A stretch of 64,000 nucleotides of DNA from Botryllus schlosseri (taxonomy: Eukaryota), in contig CM119375.1 in assembly GCA_051294905.1 (NCBI GenBank), positions 10,788,001 through 10,852,000 on the forward strand. The letters run 5' to 3'. A program made the position numbers and the translations under genes. This document shows, in pieces, positions 60,701 to 64,000 of the stretch. The notes below the pieces were generated by a model that did not search any database, was not told where the DNA came from, and was given only the letters and a program-made list of their open reading frames with translations. Every line of letters begins with the position of its first letter. Positions within the stretch are counted from its first letter, which is position 1.

Positions 60701-63700
60701 CAAAAGACGCCGGCTGTGGGTTAATAATTAGTGCCGTATATTAAAGGGCTCGTGTATGAGATCCGTTAAACAAGCATAGTACCAGTCCGCTAAAATTGTG
60801 AATGATAACTGACAATGAATGACTAGTAGACCACAGTGTCCCATTCGTTGTTGTTGATTCTTATCATTCCAGTAACAAGCTGAGACGATTAGACGTAGAA
60901 TATATGGAAACCGGAAGTTATTGACATAGAATATAGGAGTTTAGCCAAGTTAGCTAAACAGGCAATTATGGAAGTAACAACGGCTGTAATATTTCATCTG
61001 ATACCCAGATAACATATAGCAGGACCTGATAACCTGCTGCCATGTCTGACATTAAAATCATTGTATTTGGAGCAACTGGAAACACGGGGTCCACAATCAT
61101 AGAAAGAGGAGTGAAAGAAGGTAACATTTTCCTCACTGTGATCAAACCGTGTCCTCAGCAATTATATAATCAAGCCAGGATTCATCATAAGCGCATTTGT
61201 GAGGAGTCCGTCAAAGTTGTCATCGAACCTTCGGAATGATGTCAAAATAATTAAAGGAGACGTCTTGAAACGCGAGGAGGTAGAAGACGCGATTGAAGGC
61301 CATGATTTTGTTTTATCAGCACTGGGCACAGGCTGGTCAACAGGTCAGTGCATACTGTATATCAGTGGACAGTGGTCTTCATTTAAACACTCAACTCTCC
61401 AAGATACTATTTGTCGATACTTTGAAACTGACTAATAACCTGATCCACGATGTTAATTTCTAGTTCTGGCAAGCAAACTGATTCTGGGTAGATGGTGTTA
61501 TGAACCCGTATCATTTTAAGGTCCAACCACGTTAATGTCAGAGGGCATGAGTAATATCGTATCAGGCATGAAGAAACATGGCGTAAAAAAACTAGCCTTT
61601 GTCGGCGTAGGTGAGTAAGAGTATTTTCTACTCTCATATCGACAAAAATATTTATATCCGCCATCTTGGTTGCAGACAGTTTGATACCTGGCAAGTGGAA
61701 TCCCTATATCTTAAGACATCTCATAGAAGACCATCGAAGGCAAGTGGAGCTTTTGGAGAAGGAAAAGGACTTCATCGATTGGGTAGCGCTGATGCCGCCG
61801 TCTTTGTGGAAAAGCAGTTCTGTCAGCCCTTCGTACCAGGTTTGACTTGGAAGTTTATTGGTTGTGTATGTTTATGGGTGAGAGTGGACCGACAACTAAC
61901 TGATGGCATCAGTGTGATATACATGTCAGGAATAATTGGGCCTCCCAACAAAATTTATCATAACCGCGCCATGTTATCCCTCATTTGGTTTAAAGAATTG
62001 ATGTTCCTATTAACGGTAGCATCTGTTTAGATTTGCCAGAAAAATGTGTGTTATAAGAGAACGTAGAACTGTCGTCCAATCTAACTGATGCTATGGCTAT
62101 TAAAATCAGAGGCTAAACAACCTCAGTGATGACTCGGCCCCTCTTACAAACTTCAAATATTTCCAAACAAACAGTAGTCAAGTAAGGCAGGCCAGCAGGT
62201 TCTCCCATGTATCAGAATATGGTGTCATGCAGATTCCAGCACATCATTGCTCGACACCTCAGTCATGATCAATTTGCTCATTACCAAATAGGGCACAACA
62301 ATTTGAGTACTCTCGCTAACCTTAATCGGGTATTGACGGCAATGATTCTTGAAACATTGATTCACAGTAGCAGAGCAAACATAACATGCAGGATGCAGCA
62401 CAGTTGTGCTTAATGAAATTCAGAATATTTAGATAATTAGGATCTGGTACGTTTTTTTTTTTTGCTGTGCAAAGAACATAAGTATTCAATCATTATTCAT
62501 ATCAAGTACTTAGTAGCAGGGTCACCATAACATGCAGCACGGTTGTGCTTTATGAAATGCAGCATATTCAAAAGAACATGGCCTAAGTATTCAATTATTA
62601 TTCATATCAAGCTCTTGCGTAAAAGTACTGATTGATATTTGCATTCTCGACTCCACGTTTACTACCTGAGAGGCTCGATTTTGCGCAGCACAACCACTAA
62701 CATTGCTTCGACGCATTCAGGTGCAAAAGGGAGTCCAAGACGGGTGTATGTTCGTGACAACAGGTGAACTAGCCGACTTCATGTTCAAATGCGTAAGAGA
62801 TGACAACACTTGCCAAGAGTACAAACACATGCTGGTTGGAATTTCGTCACGACCCGCCATCGTAACACCAGTCAGACTTGCAGTTGGATTGATTATTGTA
62901 GGAGCGGCAACGGCATATTTTATGGGTTATCTATCGTGACTTGAATGAACAAGTCCACGGATTGCCCGTCTCCGGAGATGAAGTAAAAATCATGGTTGCC
63001 ATTTCCTTTTTTACAATCACATAACCGGACAATATCTATTCGCGACATTCTCAATCTCATTAGACTGGATAATATATAGCCTATAAACCTTACATAAAAT
63101 ATTTGATCAATAAAACAACACTTGTTATACCGCTGGTTAACCGGACAATATCTATTCGCGACATTCTCAATCTCATTAGACTGGATAATATATAGCCTAT
63201 AAACCTTACATAAAATATTTGATCAATAAAACAACACTTGTTATACCGCTGGTTAAGGACTGCTAGGCATTGGCAGAGGTTGTTAGTGTCGGTATATAAT
63301 ATCGCAATATTGTTGTGAAGTGGATACTACTCAATTCCTGTATCATTGAACCTCATAAATATACACGTAGAACCTGCATGTGTTCAGTGCGTGTAGACTA
63401 CTGCGTTCAATTTAAACTGTCAATCCCAATAAACTATATGTTTAATGTGACTTGATAGATTATATCTATAATTGTGGATTGTAAAAACTTGACCACTTTG
63501 GAAATTCTTACACATTGTAGGTTGTTCGTTAATGCTGACAGAGTGTGCTCGCATGCCTGAATTATATATCTCTATATGCGTAATTGTGTATATTGCATAA
63601 AGAATCCAACAGTTATACTTTTAAACAGCTGGATTGATTTCACACAGTACAGAAAGACAATATTTGCATCCTTATCTTACAGTAGAGAATAATTGAACTT

Positions 63701-63813
63701 ACGATGACCACTGACATATGATTTATAGTGTCTGAATTCAGGGGCACATCCAGCAACTTTGAGAGGAAAGTCCCTCCTCCCAGTTCCCATATATGTCCGA
63801 TACTGGTTTCTTG
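45717..63813 (-). CDS. DYNC2LI1: Cytoplasmic dynein 2 light intermediate chain 1 (5' exons beyond window)
   Basis: Phase-consistent exons 63703-63813 ([19 protein letters not shown]), 51732-51902 ([15 protein letters not shown]), 51401-51493 ([14 protein letters not shown]), 49933-50066 ([12 protein letters not shown]), 49676-49792 ([12 protein letters not shown]), 45717-45918 ([25 protein letters not shown]). Confidence 0.93.
46362..48344. mobile_element. hAT-type element (CAGGGCTGTGGAGTCGG), 1983 bp, containing a nested Charlie-like element at 47278-48096
   Basis: TIR CAGGGCTGTGGAGTCGG / CCGACTCCACAGCCCTG, perfect TSD gccactaa, CCGACT subterminal arrays. Inner element cagggg..cacctg has TSD atccatat / atctttat. 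Confidence 0.88.
48969..49433. mobile_element. hAT-type MITE (AGGGCTGG termini)
   Basis: aagggctgg / ccagcccta; flanks atctaatt / atcaaatg (6/8). A diverged inverted relative (about 46284-46361 plus 48345-48560) hosts the 1983-bp element. Confidence 0.65.
50341..50416 (+). repeat. Degenerate (TTAGGG)-like tandem tract
   Basis: attaggggtaaggttagggttcggatcaggggtcaggctaggggtagg. Confidence 0.5.
50518..51127. mobile_element. Palindromic MITE related to family A (CAGGGCTG subtype), right terminus missing
   Basis: Same internal architecture (gataaaattgttagg, ctcaattccaaccag, central accgtaaatactatttt) but diverged; foldback. Confidence 0.8.
52217..54614 (+). CDS. BLVRB: BLVRB/flavin reductase-like paralogue 1: degenerate NADPH motifs, C-terminal hydrophobic tail
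   Basis: Exons 52217-52298, 52529-52693, 53077-53166, 53226-53401, 54339-54614. Motifs [33 protein letters not shown]. Same intron phases as the other copies. Confidence 0.85.
55606..56267. mobile_element. Palindromic hAT MITE family A
   Basis: Perfect TSD ctgttgcc. Confidence 0.92.
56386..57502. mobile_element. Charlie-like hAT element with nested family-C MITE (56531-56836)
   Basis: TIR CAGGGGTGGGCAAACT / AGTTTGCCCACCCCTG, perfect TSD gtgtaatg; inner TSD atttaagg / ttctaagg. Confidence 0.9.
57897..59195 (+). CDS. BLVRB: BLVRB/flavin reductase-like paralogue 2: intact motifs, no hydrophobic tail
   Basis: Exons 57897-57975, 58280-58444, 58532-58621, 58685-58854, 59040-59195. Motifs [30 protein letters not shown], ends [12 protein letters not shown]. 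Confidence 0.9.
61042..62939 (+). CDS. BLVRB: BLVRB/flavin reductase-like paralogue 3: intact Rossmann motif, C-terminal hydrophobic tail
   Basis: Exons 61042-61120, 61179-61343, 61521-61610, 61676 (or 61658)-61839, 62721-62939. Motifs [40 protein letters not shown]. Confidence 0.9.
63022..63253 (+). repeat. Perfect 116-bp tandem duplication including AATAAA, downstream of BLVRB paralogue 3
   Basis: 63022-63137 is identical to 63138-63253. Confidence 0.9.
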
Positions 63814-64000
63814 CTATAAAGTGAATATAAAACAGATGTAAGAGTGCATTCGGGGCTTAAATCTCAAACGGAGATGCAGTCAAACAATAATTTTGAGGAA
63901 AATGGCATAAAATCATGTGATAAAGCAATAAGCATAATTTGGCTATATTATGACGATATCCAGATAGCGATATTTGAGGTGAGCCCTACTGGCATGCATA

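Overview
Animal (invertebrate-type) nuclear genomic DNA. It is AT-rich, with GT-AG introns of about 58 bp to 11.8 kb, and is saturated with non-autonomous DNA transposons. The taxon cannot be fixed from sequence alone. Protein genes reconstructed by hand: a class-2 DYRK kinase (DYRK4-like, + strand, at least 14 coding exons); a RUN-PDZ-PTB adaptor (+); scattered, probably decayed exons of an SLC18-like MFS transporter (-); an intronless DPCD (+); DYNC2LI1 (-, 5' end beyond the window); and three tandem BLVRB/flavin-reductase paralogues lying antisense inside one DYNC2LI1 intron. Two RNA elements are invisible to the ORF track. One is a complete but very compact (about 214 nt) nuclear RNase P RNA gene at 17372-17585 with a PSE-like upstream element and a T5 terminator. 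The other is a 74-bp-arm perfect palindrome at 37088-37256 that encodes two back-to-back minimal hammerhead ribozymes, with a Penelope-like tail and a 12-bp direct repeat. About ten hAT-type MITE families (8-bp TSDs verified for many copies), TA-targeting elements including one nested in its own copy, a foldback with a 7-bp TSD, two tRNA-derived SINEs and a LINE RT remnant fill the introns and intergenic space. No CRISPR, rRNA or intact tRNA gene was seen. All calls were made by eye, without database searches.
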